In this document: positions 27,532 to 40,859 of the stretch, piece after piece
Layout: each line of letters starts with the position of its first letter
Numbering within the stretch: position 1 is the stretch's first letter
NCBI GenBank assembly: GCA_028826165.1
Contig: JAPDFW010000038.1
Coordinates: forward strand, 1-57,615
Source: Anaeramoeba ignava BMAN
Lineage: Eukaryota; Protista; Anaeramoebae
Reading direction: 5' to 3'
DNA: 57,615 nucleotides
The notes under the pieces: generated by a model
Told to the model about the DNA's origin: nothing
Databases searched by the model: none
Seen by the model: only the letters and a program-made list of their open reading frames with translations
Translations under genes and position numbers: made by a program

Positions 27532-30500
27532 GAGAGATTCGAGGGATTCTGTAATCCCTTTTATCTCGACCCCTCTTCCCGCAAAGGTAAAACAAAAAAA
27601 TTCCTCTTTTTTTTTTAACAGAAAACTTAACAGAAAACTTATTTTTTTTTGGCTTTTTGATAAATGCTTTGTTTTTGAATTTTATACAAATTTGAGGGAA
27701 CAATGAAAAGGTTCCCTAGAAATATAAATAAAAAAAAAATAAATTTCTTAATAAATTTTTTGATTTTGATTTTATTTTAAACAAAAATTGGGATCTAAAA
27801 TTGATCCAAAAAAAGTAAGCTTTTGAATTTCCAAGTTTTCAAATCAAAAAATTTGTGGGTGATCCTTTGTGGATTATTAATGGAAAAAAAGAAATAAATG
27901 CAAAATGTGATGACTTTTGGGAAATGTGACTCTAGTATCCAAAAAGAATTTGAACAAAATTATTTGGCGAAGATTTCAGACTATCACAGTTTTTGATTCA
28001 GCCCAGTTTTGGATCTCTTGTTTTGATCTAAAAAAGATCCGATTAATTCAATCTAAAGAAAATATCTTTTCTAAAACAAATCTCAATTACCCAATTAACT
28101 AATAGATCAAACACTATTTTGGTTGACTTCCAAAATATTCAATTTTTTCATGAATCCATAAATCAAATCTGTTTTCGAAATGCTTTTGGGGAATTTTTTT
28201 CATCTCTTCTGTGAGAATAATCTAGTTTGAAAAGTGATTATTTGGATTAAAATCTCTTTAATTTAACATTCTTTGAAATCAAAAAATGGAAAGAATTTTC
28301 AATTTCCATAAAATTATTTTTAAAGATGAGTTCTTTTATTTCTATATTGATTTAATTCCTTTCAATTCCTTTTTTTTTGATCTTTGAAAAGCATTTAATT
28401 CCTTCCAGTTTAAGGATCTTTGCTTTCTTCAGTTTATGTTCGATCAATTTCATGCAAGATAATAAAAAGTTTACTTCATTAGAAAAGTCAATTCTTTCAT
28501 TAATTTTGGGATTCCAAATCCAAAAATTGCAAACTATTACAAAAGATTTGTAGATAATCTATACAAGAAATCACTATAAAATCAAGTATTATTGAGAAAT
28601 TTTGAGCTAATTCCAAGATATCGAGTGAAAAATTGATCGTGGAGAATTTTTAGGTTTGAATTTGGTGGGAATTGTGAAGAAATACAAAGTGAAATGTGAA
28701 AGACAAAAGATACAGAGATAGACTCTAAATTCTCAAAATCATAAGAAAAAAAAGGTGATGTAAGGTGACGTTTTTTGAAGTATAAAAGCAAAAAAATTAA
28801 TTTTTTTGGATCATCTTTCTTAGGAAAATTCTTTTTTTTTTTCAAACTTTTTTTTTCAAACTTTTTTTTCAAACTTTTTTTTCAAACTTTTTTTTTCAAA
28901 CTTTGACAAAAATAAAATCAAAATCAAAATCTAATGTTTTGTATTATTCGATCGGAAGATTTACAATTTATTATTGATTTATCTGAAATCAAATCAATGG
29001 AAGGACTGAAGAAAGAAATTTATGACAATTTCAAATTGAATAAAGATCAAGATGAATTAGAAATTTATTTTAAAAAAGCAATGGAGAAATGCGAATACAC
29101 AGAAGATCGTACTAATCGGGCTCAAAATGAAAATGAAAATGATGAAAAAAAGATGTGGTCCAAATATGTTATAAATTCAGATCTTACGCTTGATACACTC
29201 AGATCACTTTTAAAAAAATCGAACAAGATGATTTATCAGGAGGAAGGTAAGTGTATAATTTTTATCAACAATATCAAAAAAGAAAAACATCTCATTCTAT
29301 CACCTAAATTAAAGAATGAAATTCGAAAACACAAATTTTTTGAGATCAATAAAAATGAGAAAGGAGTTTTTTGTGAAATTTGTGAATTACAAATTCACCC
29401 AAACAGTTGCGACAAAATCGATCGACATGTTACCTCAAAAAGACATAAGAGGAATTATTCCCTTATGTGTGTTAAAAATGATAAGAAAATGCAATCTCTC
29501 ATAGGGAAGAATTTAACAGAGAAAATTAAACGAATTTACAATCTTTTCACCACAGTTTGTTCATCTGATTTTTTTTCAATTAAGAATCATGTATTGTTTC
29601 GGACAGGATTGACTAAAGAGAGATTGTGGAATATTTTAACTGAAGATGGACTCGATTTGAGAATTCCATACAAAGAATTTTGTCATATCACAAAACATTT
29701 TTTTTGTTTCAAAGCAGGAGAGTCATTATTTTTTCACTGTCCTTTGTGTTCAGGACCCAATGCGAAAAAGCACCGCATGAGAGTTGAGAGTATGAAGAAG
29801 TTATATAACACTAAAATTGAGGATCCCAACACACTTGTTGTGATTCTTGATTTTAGTGTGAATATACAGGAGAGAAGAGATAAATGGGAAACTCCTGAGT
29901 TTTACACATCTAAATCATGGATTCTTTTGAATGCTACTTTGATGCTTGATAAGATCCAATATTTGGACTTCATTACTAATGATAATCATAAAGTAATCAT
30001 TATCATAGATCTTTTCAAATTTCTTTAAGATAAACTAATTTTTTCTTTTCTTTAATTTTTTTTTTAAAAATTACTAAAATAGGATCAACAAATGGTTTAC
30101 TTCATATTGGGCAAGCTGCAAGAAAGTATTATGGAAAAGATTAAAAATCAAGAAATTGGACAAAAGGAAAAAATATGCTTCTTCTCTGATGGTGGGAATC
30201 ATTTGCACAATAATGTTGTGATTTCAAGAATAATTAATCTATTCTATCCACACTTCAAGGATATAGAGATATTTTTTTTTGAAGCTTACCATGGAAAGAG
30301 TGCCTGTGATCGGCACTTTGGACTCATTTCACGGCAGAAGAAATCTTTTGGGGATATTCTTTCACTTAAAGATTTGGATATATTTTTATCTGGTTTGAAC
30401 AATACTTCTTGTTTCCCGATGGAAATTGATCGCTCTAAATTGATTACTGTTGATTTTAAGATCAAAGATTTCAAAAAATACCATTGTTGGCACTTCGAAA

Positions 30501-32160
30501 ATGGGAAGCTATTCGGAAGAGAAACTTCTTATTCGGATCCAGTAGAGATCAAGATTCCCTCAATTCTATTTCAAACGAGGAAGTTCATTTGGGATCTAAC
30601 TGACAACAAAGATCAAATTCTTCATAATTCGCAACAAAATGTTCCATTAGAAGGAGATAATTTCAATTCTATTAATTCTTTATCTAAAACTCAAGAACCT
30701 AAATCCACATTGCGAAGAACCAAAAACAAGAGAAAAAAAGGAAATCTCAAGAGGTCAGAAGAGAAAAAAATCTTGAAATCCAAAACTTCAAATCCAAAGA
30801 ATCAAGTCACTGATGAAGTTAGTCAACTTAAAGGATTTCAGAATATTGGAAACACTTGCTTTCTTTCATCTGTATTTCAATGCTTACTTAGAACACAGTT
30901 TTCTCAAATTCAATCTATTGGATCTTTATCACAAAGCATATTCAACCTTTTTTCACAAACAAGCTTGCTTTTCGACCCAACTCAATTTTTTGATGTTTTC
31001 CACAAACTTTCTCCAACTTTTCATTTGGGAAATCAAGAAGATGCCCACTTGTTTTTGACACAATTATTTTTTCAATTAAACCAAGAAATCAAAAGATTGA
31101 GTAAAGAAATGATGGAATCTAAAACAAATTGCAATCAAGAAAGTATCTCAAATGAGAATGAAAATTTACAAAGAAATGTCAGGGTAAATCAATTAATTCT
31201 CGGACAGTTTGTATCACAAATTCAAACCACCATCAAATGTTCCCAATGTAAAGGAATCAAGGAGAACATTGAGCCATTTTTGACAATTGTACTTCCATTG
31301 ACTCAATGCCGACATCAAGTAAATCTCACTTATTTGATTGATTCCTATTTTTCAAAATCAAGATTAAAAAAACAAGATCAAGTTTTCTGTTCCTCTTGTG
31401 ATGAAAAAAGAAATTCAGATCTCCAACGAAAGATCATCACTTTGCCTCGTTATCTGATTTTTTTTATTCAAAGAATCAAATTCAATCCCCAAACCAAGAA
31501 GGCTCGAAAGAGTCATAAAATGGTTGAATTTCCAGAAATTCTTAATCTCCAACATCTTATTTCCCCTGAGTTGAATCTCGAGAATGGGACATTCAATTTG
31601 CTAGGGTTAGTCCATCATTTTGGGACGCCCAATAGTGGGCATTATTATTCGGTGTGTCGCGAATTTTCACCTCTTCTTTCAGCTTATCAGTGGTTTTTAT
31701 TTGATGACGACGAAGTAACTGAGGCTTATTTTCCTCTTCAACCTTCTTCTTCGGTGGTTCTTTTATTTTATGAAAGAAGACATGAAAAAGTTTAACCATT
31801 TCAATTCTTTTTCAATCAATTTTTTTTTAATCAATTCTTTTTCAATCAATTCTTTTCAATCAATTTTTTAATCAATTTTTTCAATCAATTCTTTTTCAAT
31901 CAACTTTTTTTTAATCAATTTTTTTCAATCAACTTTTTTTTTCAATCAATTCTTTGAAGTTTTGGCATCAAAAAAGTTAATAAAAATCCAGAAAAATCAA
32001 TCAAAACATTTTTATTAAAAAAAAAATTTATTCTTTTTTCTAAAAACGCGGGTAAATGAGGAAACCCCGGGTTTTCAATATCAAAAAAATCAAAAAATAA
32101 AAGGAAAATAATTAAAACAAATTAATAAAAAATCCCTTAAATCCTCACCCCGATTCTCTC
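27532..32160 (+). mobile_element. Complete Sola2-like DDD DNA transposon (4629 bp)
   Basis: The left end is ATAT|GAGAGATTCGAGGG and the right end is CCCCGATTCTCTC|ATAT, giving a short imperfect TIR with GAG...CTC termini. Removing the element and one ATAT restores the satellite consensus TTTTATATATAGAGAGAAA. GRG/CYC termini and 4-bp TSDs are established Sola features. Internal GC is higher than in the flanks. Confidence 0.88.
28934..31795 (+). CDS. Sola2-like transposase fused to a C-terminal ubiquitin-specific protease (USP/peptidase C19); join(28934..29992,30083..31795), 923 aa
   Basis: A 90-nt phase-0 intron 29993-30082 (GTAATC...TTACTAAAATAG) joins the two track ORFs in frame (TNDNHK|DQQMVY). 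Motifs: C2H2-type CEIC...HVTSKRH, CPLC...H, and a DDD core LDFSVN / FFSDGGNH / FEAYHGKSACDRHFG. The USP domain from ~30833 has Cys box GFQNIGNTCFLSSVFQCL, QEDAHLFL, two CxxC (CSQC, CSSC), His box HFGTPNSGHYYS, and WFLFDDDEV. Confidence 0.9.
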
Positions 32161-34123
32161 ATATATAGAGAGAAATCGATTTTTTATTTTTTGAATATAA
32201 ATTATAAATAAATTGGGAATTAAATTAATAAATTATTTTATTATAAATTTGTTTATAATATATATAAATAAATTGATTTTTTTTATTTTGAATTTAAATT
32301 AGAAATAAATTGAAAAATAAATTTATATATTTTATATATAGAGAGAAATTGATTTTTTATTTTTTGAATATAAATTATAAATAAATTGGGAATTAAATTA
32401 ATAAATTATTTTGTTATAAATTTGTTTATAATATATATAAATAAATTGATTTTTTTTATTTTTAATTTAAATTATAAATAAATTAAAAATTAAATTTATA
32501 TATTTTATATATAGAGAGAAATTGATTTTTTATTTTTTGAATATAAATTATAAATAAATTGGGAATTAAATTAATTATTATTTTTGTTATAAATTTGTTT
32601 TATAATATATATAAATAAATTGATTTTTTTTATTTTTAATTTGAATTATAAATAAATTGAAAATTAAATTTATATATTTTATATATAGAGAGAAATTGAT
32701 TTTTTATTTTTTGAATATAAATTATAAATAAATTGGGAATTAAATTAATAAATTATTTTGTTATAAATTTGTTTATAATATATATAAATAAATTGATTTT
32801 TTTATTTTTAATTTGAATTATAAATAAATTAAAAATTAAATTTATATATTTATATATAGAGAGAAATTGATTTTTATTTTTGAATATAAATTATAAATAA
32901 ATTGGGAATTAAATTGATAAATTATTTTATTATAAATTTGTTTTATAATATATATAAATAAATTGATTTTTTTTATTTTTAATTTTAAATTATAAATAAA
33001 TTGAAAAATAAATTTATATATTTTATATATAGAGAGAAATCGATTTTTTTTATTTTTTGAATATAAATTATAAATAAATTGGAAATTAAATTAATAAATT
33101 ATTTTGTTATAAATTTGTTTATAATATATATAAATAAATTGATTTTTTTTATTTTTAATTTAGATTAAATTAAATTAAAAATTAAATTTATATATTTTTA
33201 TATATAGAGAAATTGATTTTTATTTTTGAATATAAATTATAAATAAATTGGGAATTAAATTAATTAATTATTTTGTTATAAATATGTTTATAATATATAT
33301 AAATAAATTGATTTTTTTTATTTTTAATTTGAATTGTAAATAAATTGAAAAATAAATTTATATATTTATATAGAGAGAAATTGATTTTTATTTTTGAATA
33401 TAAATTATAAATAAATTGGGAATTAAATTAATTAATTATTTTGTTATAAATTTGTTTTATAATATATATAAATAAATTGATTTTTATTTTTAATTTTAAA
33501 TTATAAATAAATTAAAAATTAAATTTATATATTTTATATATAGAGAGAAATTGATTTTTATTTTTGAATATAAATTATAAATAAATTGAAAATTAAATTA
33601 ATTAATTATTTTGTTATAAATTTGTTTATAATATATATAAATAAATTGATATTTTTATTTTATTTTTAATTTAAATTATAAATTAAAATTAAAAATAAAT
33701 TTATATTTTTTATATAGAGAGAGAAATTGATTTTTATTTTTGAATATAAATTATAAATAAATTGGAAATTAAATTTATTAAGTATTTTATTATAAATTTG
33801 TTTATAATATATATAAATAAATTGATTTTTTTTATTTTTAATTTAAATTATAAATAAATTGAAAAATAAATTTATATATTTTATATATAGAGAGAAATCG
33901 ATTTTTTATTTTTTGAATATAAATTATAAATAAATTGGAAATTAAATTAATTAATTATTTTATTATAAATTTGTTTATAATATATACAGTCGTTTTCGAT
34001 TGACTGAGGATGAAATAATGTAAATTTATACAAAAAAATTTTTAAAAAATTAATAAAAAAATAACAAAAAAAAAATGAAAAAAAAATCATAAAAAATTTT
34101 TTTCATTTTTTTTTCCATTTCAA

Positions 34124-34680
34124 TTTTTTATCCAAATCTAGAATAATTTTTAGTTAAGAAATTGCAACCAAACGTTACTTAGTCTTCAACTTGATATTAT
34201 TTTCATTTTTTTTTTTTCATTTTAATTTTTTATCCAAATCTAGAATAATTTTCAGTTAAGAAATTGCAACCAAACGTTAGTTAGTCTTCAATTTGATATT
34301 ATTTTCATTTTGTCAATTTTTTTTTACATTATTTTTTACATTATTTTTTACAAATTTTTTTCATTTTTTTTTCATTTCAATTTTTTATCCAAATCTAGAA
34401 TAACTTTTAGTTAAGAGATTGCAACCAAACGTTACTCAGTCTTCAACTTGATATTATTTTCATTTTGTCAATTTTTTTTTACATTATTTATATCAATTTT
34501 TTATCCAAATCTAGAATAACTTTCAGTTAAGAGATTGCAGCCAAACGTTACTCAGTCTTCAACTTGATATTATTTTCATTTTTTTTTTTCATTTCAATTT
34601 TTTATCCAAATCTAGAATAACTTTCAGTTAAGAAATTGCAACCAAACGTTACTCAGTCTTCAACTTGATATTATTTTCAT
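34124..34680 (+). repeat. Five subterminal ~76-bp direct repeats with T-rich variable-length linkers
   Basis: ATCCAAATCTAGAATAAYTTTYAGTTAAGARATTGCAACCAAACGTTACTCAGTCTTCAACTTGATATTATTTTCA at 34130, 34232, 34387, 34503 and 34604. Confidence 0.93.
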
Positions 34681-35659
34681 TTTTTTTTTTCATTTTTTTT
34701 TTATTATTAAAATCTAAAATAATTTTTCATTCATAAATTATAAATAAATCGTAATTAATTATAATCAAACTTTACATTGTTTTGATTTTGATTTTGGTTT
34801 TTATTTTGATTTTTATTTCAAAAATGATAAATAAAAAAATCATTTCTTTTTATTTTATTTATTGAAAAATATAAATAGAAATATAAATATAAATATAAAT
34901 TATGTGTTATTTGTCTTCTTAAATGAAAATAAATCAATTCATTTGGTTTGTAAAGTATTCATTCAATAGTTTCTAAATCATTTTTAAAAAGCAAAATTAT
35001 CCAAATAAAGAGAGAAATAAATCAAATCAAAATAAATCAATCAATCTTAAAATAAATCTGAAAATAAATCTGAAAATAAATCTGAAAATAAATCTGAAAA
35101 TAAATCTGAAAATCAATCTGAAAATAAATCTAAAAATAAATCTGAAAATCAATCTGAAAATCAATCAATTTATTTTTCGTTATTTTTGTTTTAAATTATC
35201 AACAAGAACAAGAACAATAACAATAACAACAATAAGAAATTTCTTTCAATAAATGTAAATTATAACTAAAATTAAAAATTAAAAATTTAGAATTAATATT
35301 AATAAATTTATTTTGTTAATGAATAGTTTTTTTTGTTTTGATTATTGATATTGAAAGAAAAATTGATTTTAATATTATTATTATTAATATTAATATTGAT
35401 TATTTTTGATTTTTGATTACATTTTAAATAATTAAAAAGATTTTGTTAATTATTTTTGAATCTTATATTAATTAATTTAGAATCAATTAATTAATTAATT
35501 AATTAATTATAAATTCTTTTCATTTTTGATTTTTGATTTTTGATTTTATAAAGATTACATTAATTAAAATGTTTTTGAAAGTGAATTTTTTTTTGTTTTG
35601 TTTTTAAAAAATAAAAGCACTAATCAAAATTTTCAATTTAAAACCTATTTAACCTAATA

Positions 35660-38600
35660 AAAATAATAGAAATAAAATAATAAATTTAAATTTATTATTT
35701 TATTATTTATAATTGAAATAAAAATAATAAAAATATTAAATTAAATAATTAATAATAAATATAAATAATAAAATATAATTTTATAATTTAAAATAAATAT
35801 AAAATTAATAATAGAAATAAAATAATTAATTTAAATTTATTATTTAATTATTTATAATTGAAATAAAAATATTTAATTAAATAATTAATAATAAAATAAA
35901 TAATAAAATATAATTTTTATAATTTTAAATTAAATATAAAATTAATAATAGAAATAAAATAATTAATTTAAATTTATTATTTAATTATTTATAATTGAAA
36001 TAAAAATAATAAAAATATTTAATTAAATAATTAATAATAAAAATAAATAATAAAAATAATTTTATAATTTAAAATAAATTTAAAATAAATTAATAATAGA
36101 AATAAAATATTTAATTTAAATTTATTATTTAATTATTTATAATTGAAATAAAAATAATAAAAATATTTAATTAAATAATTAATAATAAAAATAAATAATA
36201 AAATATAATTTTATAATTTGAAATAAATATAAAATTAATAATAGAAATAAAATAATTAATTTAAATTTATTATTTAATTATTTATAATTGAAATAAAAAT
36301 AATAAAAATATTTAATTAAATAATTAATAATAAAAATAAATAATAAAAATAATTTTTATAATTTAAAATAAATATAAAATTAATAATAGAAATAAAATAT
36401 TTAATTTAAATTTATTATTTAATTATTTATAATTGAAATAAAAATAATAAAAATAATTAATTAAATAATTAATAATAAAAATAAATAATAAAAATAATTT
36501 TTATAATTTAAAATAAATATAAAATTAATAATAGAAATAAAATAATTAATTTAAATTTATTATTTAATTATTTATAATTGAAATAAAAAAATAAAAAAAT
36601 AATAAATTAAATAATTAATAATAAAAATAAATAATAAAAATAATTTTATAAATTTAAAAATAAATAAAAATAAATAATAGAAATAAAATAATTAATTTAA
36701 ATTTATTATTTAATTATTTATAATTGAAATAAAAATAATAAAAATATTTAATTAAATAATTAATAATAAAAATAAATAATAAAATATAATTTTATAATTT
36801 AAATTAAATATAAAATTAATAATAGAAATAAAATTAATAATTTAAATTTATTATTTAATTATTTATAATTGAAATAAAAATAAAATTAAATTTTTAAATT
36901 TTTAAATAAATAAATAAATTTACTTTTGAATTGAATTGAATTGAATTGGATTGGATTGAATATTTTATTCTCTTATGAGATTTCCTTTCATTTTATTGAT
37001 ATTATTTTTATTTTTATAATTATTCTTTGAGAAAAAAAAAATGAAAAAAATGAAAAATGAAAATTAGAAAATAAATTAATTATTAATTTATTAATGATAT
37101 TTTCCAAATCAAAATTTATTTCCTAAAACAAAATAATAAAAAACAAAAATAATTAATAATAAAAAAATAAATAAATAAATAAATAAATAAAATGAATAAA
37201 TAAATAAATAATCAGATAAATTGAATCTAATCTAAATGAAGTGAAAAAGAAGTTCCATTAATTCAATAATTAATTAAATAATTAATTAATTAATTTTGGT
37301 AAATTGTGGATTATTAAATAATGATTTTTGGAAGAATTGAAAGATGAATAAAATAAAGATTTTATCTAATATAAATAAATATAAATAAAATAATAAATTA
37401 ATAAAAATAAATTAATTTTATAAATTATTAAATTTTTGAATTAAAAAAATAAACTTAAATAGTAAATTAGTTAATAAAGTAGTTTTGGATTTAGATATTA
37501 AATTGACTTCTTTTTGAATTTTTGAAATAAAAATAATAAATTAAATAATTAATAAAAATAAAAATAAATAAAAAATATAATTTTATAATTTAAAATAAAT
37601 ATAAAATTAATAATAGAAATAAAATATTTAATTTAAATTTATTATTTAATTATTTATAATTGAAATAAAAATAATAAAAATAATTAATTAAATAAATAAT
37701 AATAAAAATAAATAATAAAATATAATTTTATAATTTAAATTAAATATAAAATTAATAATAAGAAATAAAATAATTAATTTAAATTTATTATTTAATTATT
37801 TATAATTGAAATAAAAATAATAAAAAATTTAATTAAATAAAATTAATAATAAAAATAAAAATAATAAAAATATAATTTTATAATTTAAAATAAATATAAA
37901 ATTAATAATAGAAATAAAATATTAATTTAAATTTATTATTAAATTTATTTATAATTGAAATAAAAATAATATAAAATATTTAATTAAATAATTAATAATA
38001 AAAATAAATAATAAAAATAATTTTATAATTTAAAATAAAAATAAATATAAAATAATAATAGAAATAAAATATTTAATTTAAATTTATTATTTAATTATTT
38101 ATAATTGAAAATAAAAATAATAAAAATAATTAATTAAATAATTAATAATAAAAATAAATAAAAAATATAATTTTATAATTTGAAATAAATATAAAATAAA
38201 TAATAATAGAAATAAAATATTTTAATTTAAATTTATTATTTAATTATTTATAATTGAAATAAAAATAATAAAAATATTTAATTAAATAATTAATAATAAT
38301 AAAAATAAATAATAAAATATAATTTTATAAATTTAAAATAAATATAAAATTAATAATAGAAATAAAATATTTAATTTAAATTTATTATTTAATTATTTAT
38401 AATTGAAAAATAAAAATAATAAAAATATTTAATTAAATAATTAATAAAAAAAAAAATAAAATAAAAATAATTTTATAATTTAAAAATAAATATAAAATTA
38501 ATAATAGAAATAAAAATATTTAATTTAAATTTATTATTTAATTTATTTATAATTGAAATAAAAATAATAAAAATAATTAATTAAATAATTAATAATAAAA

Positions 38601-38860
38601 ATAAATAATAAAAATATAATTTTATAATTTAAAATAAATATAAAATTAATAATAGAAATAAAATAATTAATTTAAATTTATTATTTAATTATTTATAATT
38701 GAAATAAAAATAATAAAAATAATTAAATTAAATAATTAATAATAAAAATAAATAATAAAAAATAATTTTATAATTTAAAATAAATATAAAATTAATAATA
38801 GAAATAAAATAATTAATTTAAATTTATTATTTAATTATTTATAATTGAAATAAAAATTTA
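35660..38860. repeat. ~145-bp almost pure A/T satellite (two arrays, 35660-36890 and 37525-38860)
   Basis: ATAGAAATAAAA marker at 36096, 36241, 36386 and 36531. Typically two G and no C per unit on the + strand. Confidence 0.9.
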
Positions 38861-39676
38861 AATTAAATTTTTAAATTGTAAATAAATAAATAAATAAATT
38901 AATAATCTAAATTTACTTTTAAATTAATTTGAATTTGAATATTTTTAGTGTTTGGTATTTCCTTTCATTTTCTAAAGGTAATTTTTATATTTATATTTAT
39001 ATTTATAAATATTCTTTGAAAAGAAAAAAAAAATGAAAAATGAAAAATGAAAAATGAATTTGGAAATTTAAAAATAAAAATTATTAAAAAACAAAAACAA
39101 AAACAAAAACAAAAACAAAAATGAATTAGAAATAAATTATTGATTTATTTTATTTTATTATTTATTAATCAATTAATGATATTTTCCAAAATCAAAATCA
39201 AAATTTATTTAAAATTTAAAAATAAAAAAATAAAAAAAAATAAATAAAAAATAATTTAAAATGATAAATAATTTAGAATAATAGATAAATCTAATTTAAT
39301 CTAATCTAATTTAATTGAAAAAAGAAATTCCATTAATTAATTTTGATAAATTATAATTATAAATAATGATAGATATTAATAAATATAAATTTAGATTTTT
39401 GGAATTATTTTTATTTTGGAAATGAAGATGAATAAAATAAAATAAAATAAAATAAAATAAAATAAACATTTTATCTAATATAAATATAAATATAAAAATA
39501 AAATAGAATAAATATTAATTATAAATAGAATAAAATTAATTAATTTTTTATTTTTGGAAATTAAAATAAACTTACAAATAATAAATTAGTTAATAAAGTA
39601 ATTTTTGGATTTAGATATTAAATTTACTTGAAATAAAAATATATAAATATATAAATATAAATATATAAATATAAAT

Positions 39677-39849
39677 ATAAGAAAGGATCATATCGCGTAC
39701 TTTGTCGTTTTTCGAGTAAATGCCCCAATGTCTTTCAACTTCACCTCCCCCAATGCACCGGCCTTCGGCCTCTCCGCTACGCTACGGCGGGGAGGCTCAG
39801 TTGACGACTTGGGGCTTTACACGAAGACGACAAATGTCGCGTTTCTTAT
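39677..39849. other. GC-rich imperfect palindrome, copy 2
   Basis: Identical by eye to 22002-22174 (offset 17675). Confidence 0.85.
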
Positions 39850-39969
39850 TTATTTCTTTTCATTATTGTTCTTATATTGTTCAATTTTGATTAGAATTAT
39901 TAATTATTAAATTGATTTTAAATTGATTTAATTTGGATTGATTAATAATTAATAATTAGAAATAAATAA

Positions 39970-40065
39970 GGGCGTAGACTCGGGTGAGTATGTTAACACC
40001 AGCTTTTTCTTTGGGCGGGTGGCTAATTTCAAAGCTTAAAACATTGCCAAAGATGAACATCCCCC
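39970..40065. other. Second GC-rich block, copy 2
   Basis: Identical by eye to 22295-22390. Confidence 0.55.
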
Positions 40066-40859
40066 TTTTTTATTTTTATTTTTATTTTTATTTTTATTTT
40101 TATTTTTATTTTTATTTTTATTTTTATTTTTATTTTTATTTTTATTTTTATTTTCAAATTTTCAATAGATTTATTTATATATTATATATATATAAAAAGA
40201 AAAATGAAAGAAGAAGAAAAAAATGAATTCCACTTTTTAAAAAAAAAAATCCACAAAAACATTTTTTTTTCCATTTTTTCTTTTCAATTTTTTTTATTTA
40301 AATTTAGAATAATTTTAATTAAGGAATTGTATCTAAATTTCAATTACTTTGAAAGTTTATATTTATATTTATTTTCATTTTCATTTTTTTTTGTTTATAT
40401 TATTTATTTACTTCAATCTTTTATTATTTATTTATTTATTTATTAATTAATTAAAATCTAAAATAATTTTTAATTTATAAATAAATAAATAAATAATAAA
40501 TAAATTAATTAATTACATTCAAAGTTTACATGATTTTTATTTTGATTTTGATTTTGATTTTGATTTTGATTTTGATTTTGATTTTGATTTCAAAAATGTT
40601 AAATAAATAAATAAATAAATAAAAAATCATTTCTTTTTATTTTATTTATTGAAAATATAAATATAAATATAAATATAAATATAAATATAAATATAAATAT
40701 AAATATAAATATAAATATAAATATAAATATAAATATAAATATAAATATAAATTATGTGTTATTTGTCTTCTTAAATGAAAATAAATCAATTCATTTGGTT
40801 TGTAAATTATTTATTCAATAGTTTCTAAATCATTTTTAAAAGCCAAATAAATAAATATC

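Larger units (their letters stand above)
27395..33986. repeat. ~173-bp satellite, interrupted at 27532-32160 by the Sola2-like transposon
   Basis: Marker TATATAGAGAGAAATTGATTTTT...AAATTGGGAATTAAATT...TTGTTATAAATTTGTTTATAATATATATAAAT recurs every ~172-174 bp (e.g. 32341, 32513, 32687, 32859). Confidence 0.92.

Noticed and set aside
29316-31799. Short overlapping ORFs (29316, 30286, 30813, 31593; also 53430 and 53867)
   Set aside because: They are alternative-frame or antisense shadows of the well-supported transposase-USP and cargo genes.
34124-34680. CRISPR-like array (also 48799-49354)
   Set aside because: Repeats are ~76 bp, linkers are low-complexity T-runs that resemble each other and are the same in both copies, there are no cas genes, and the context is eukaryotic.
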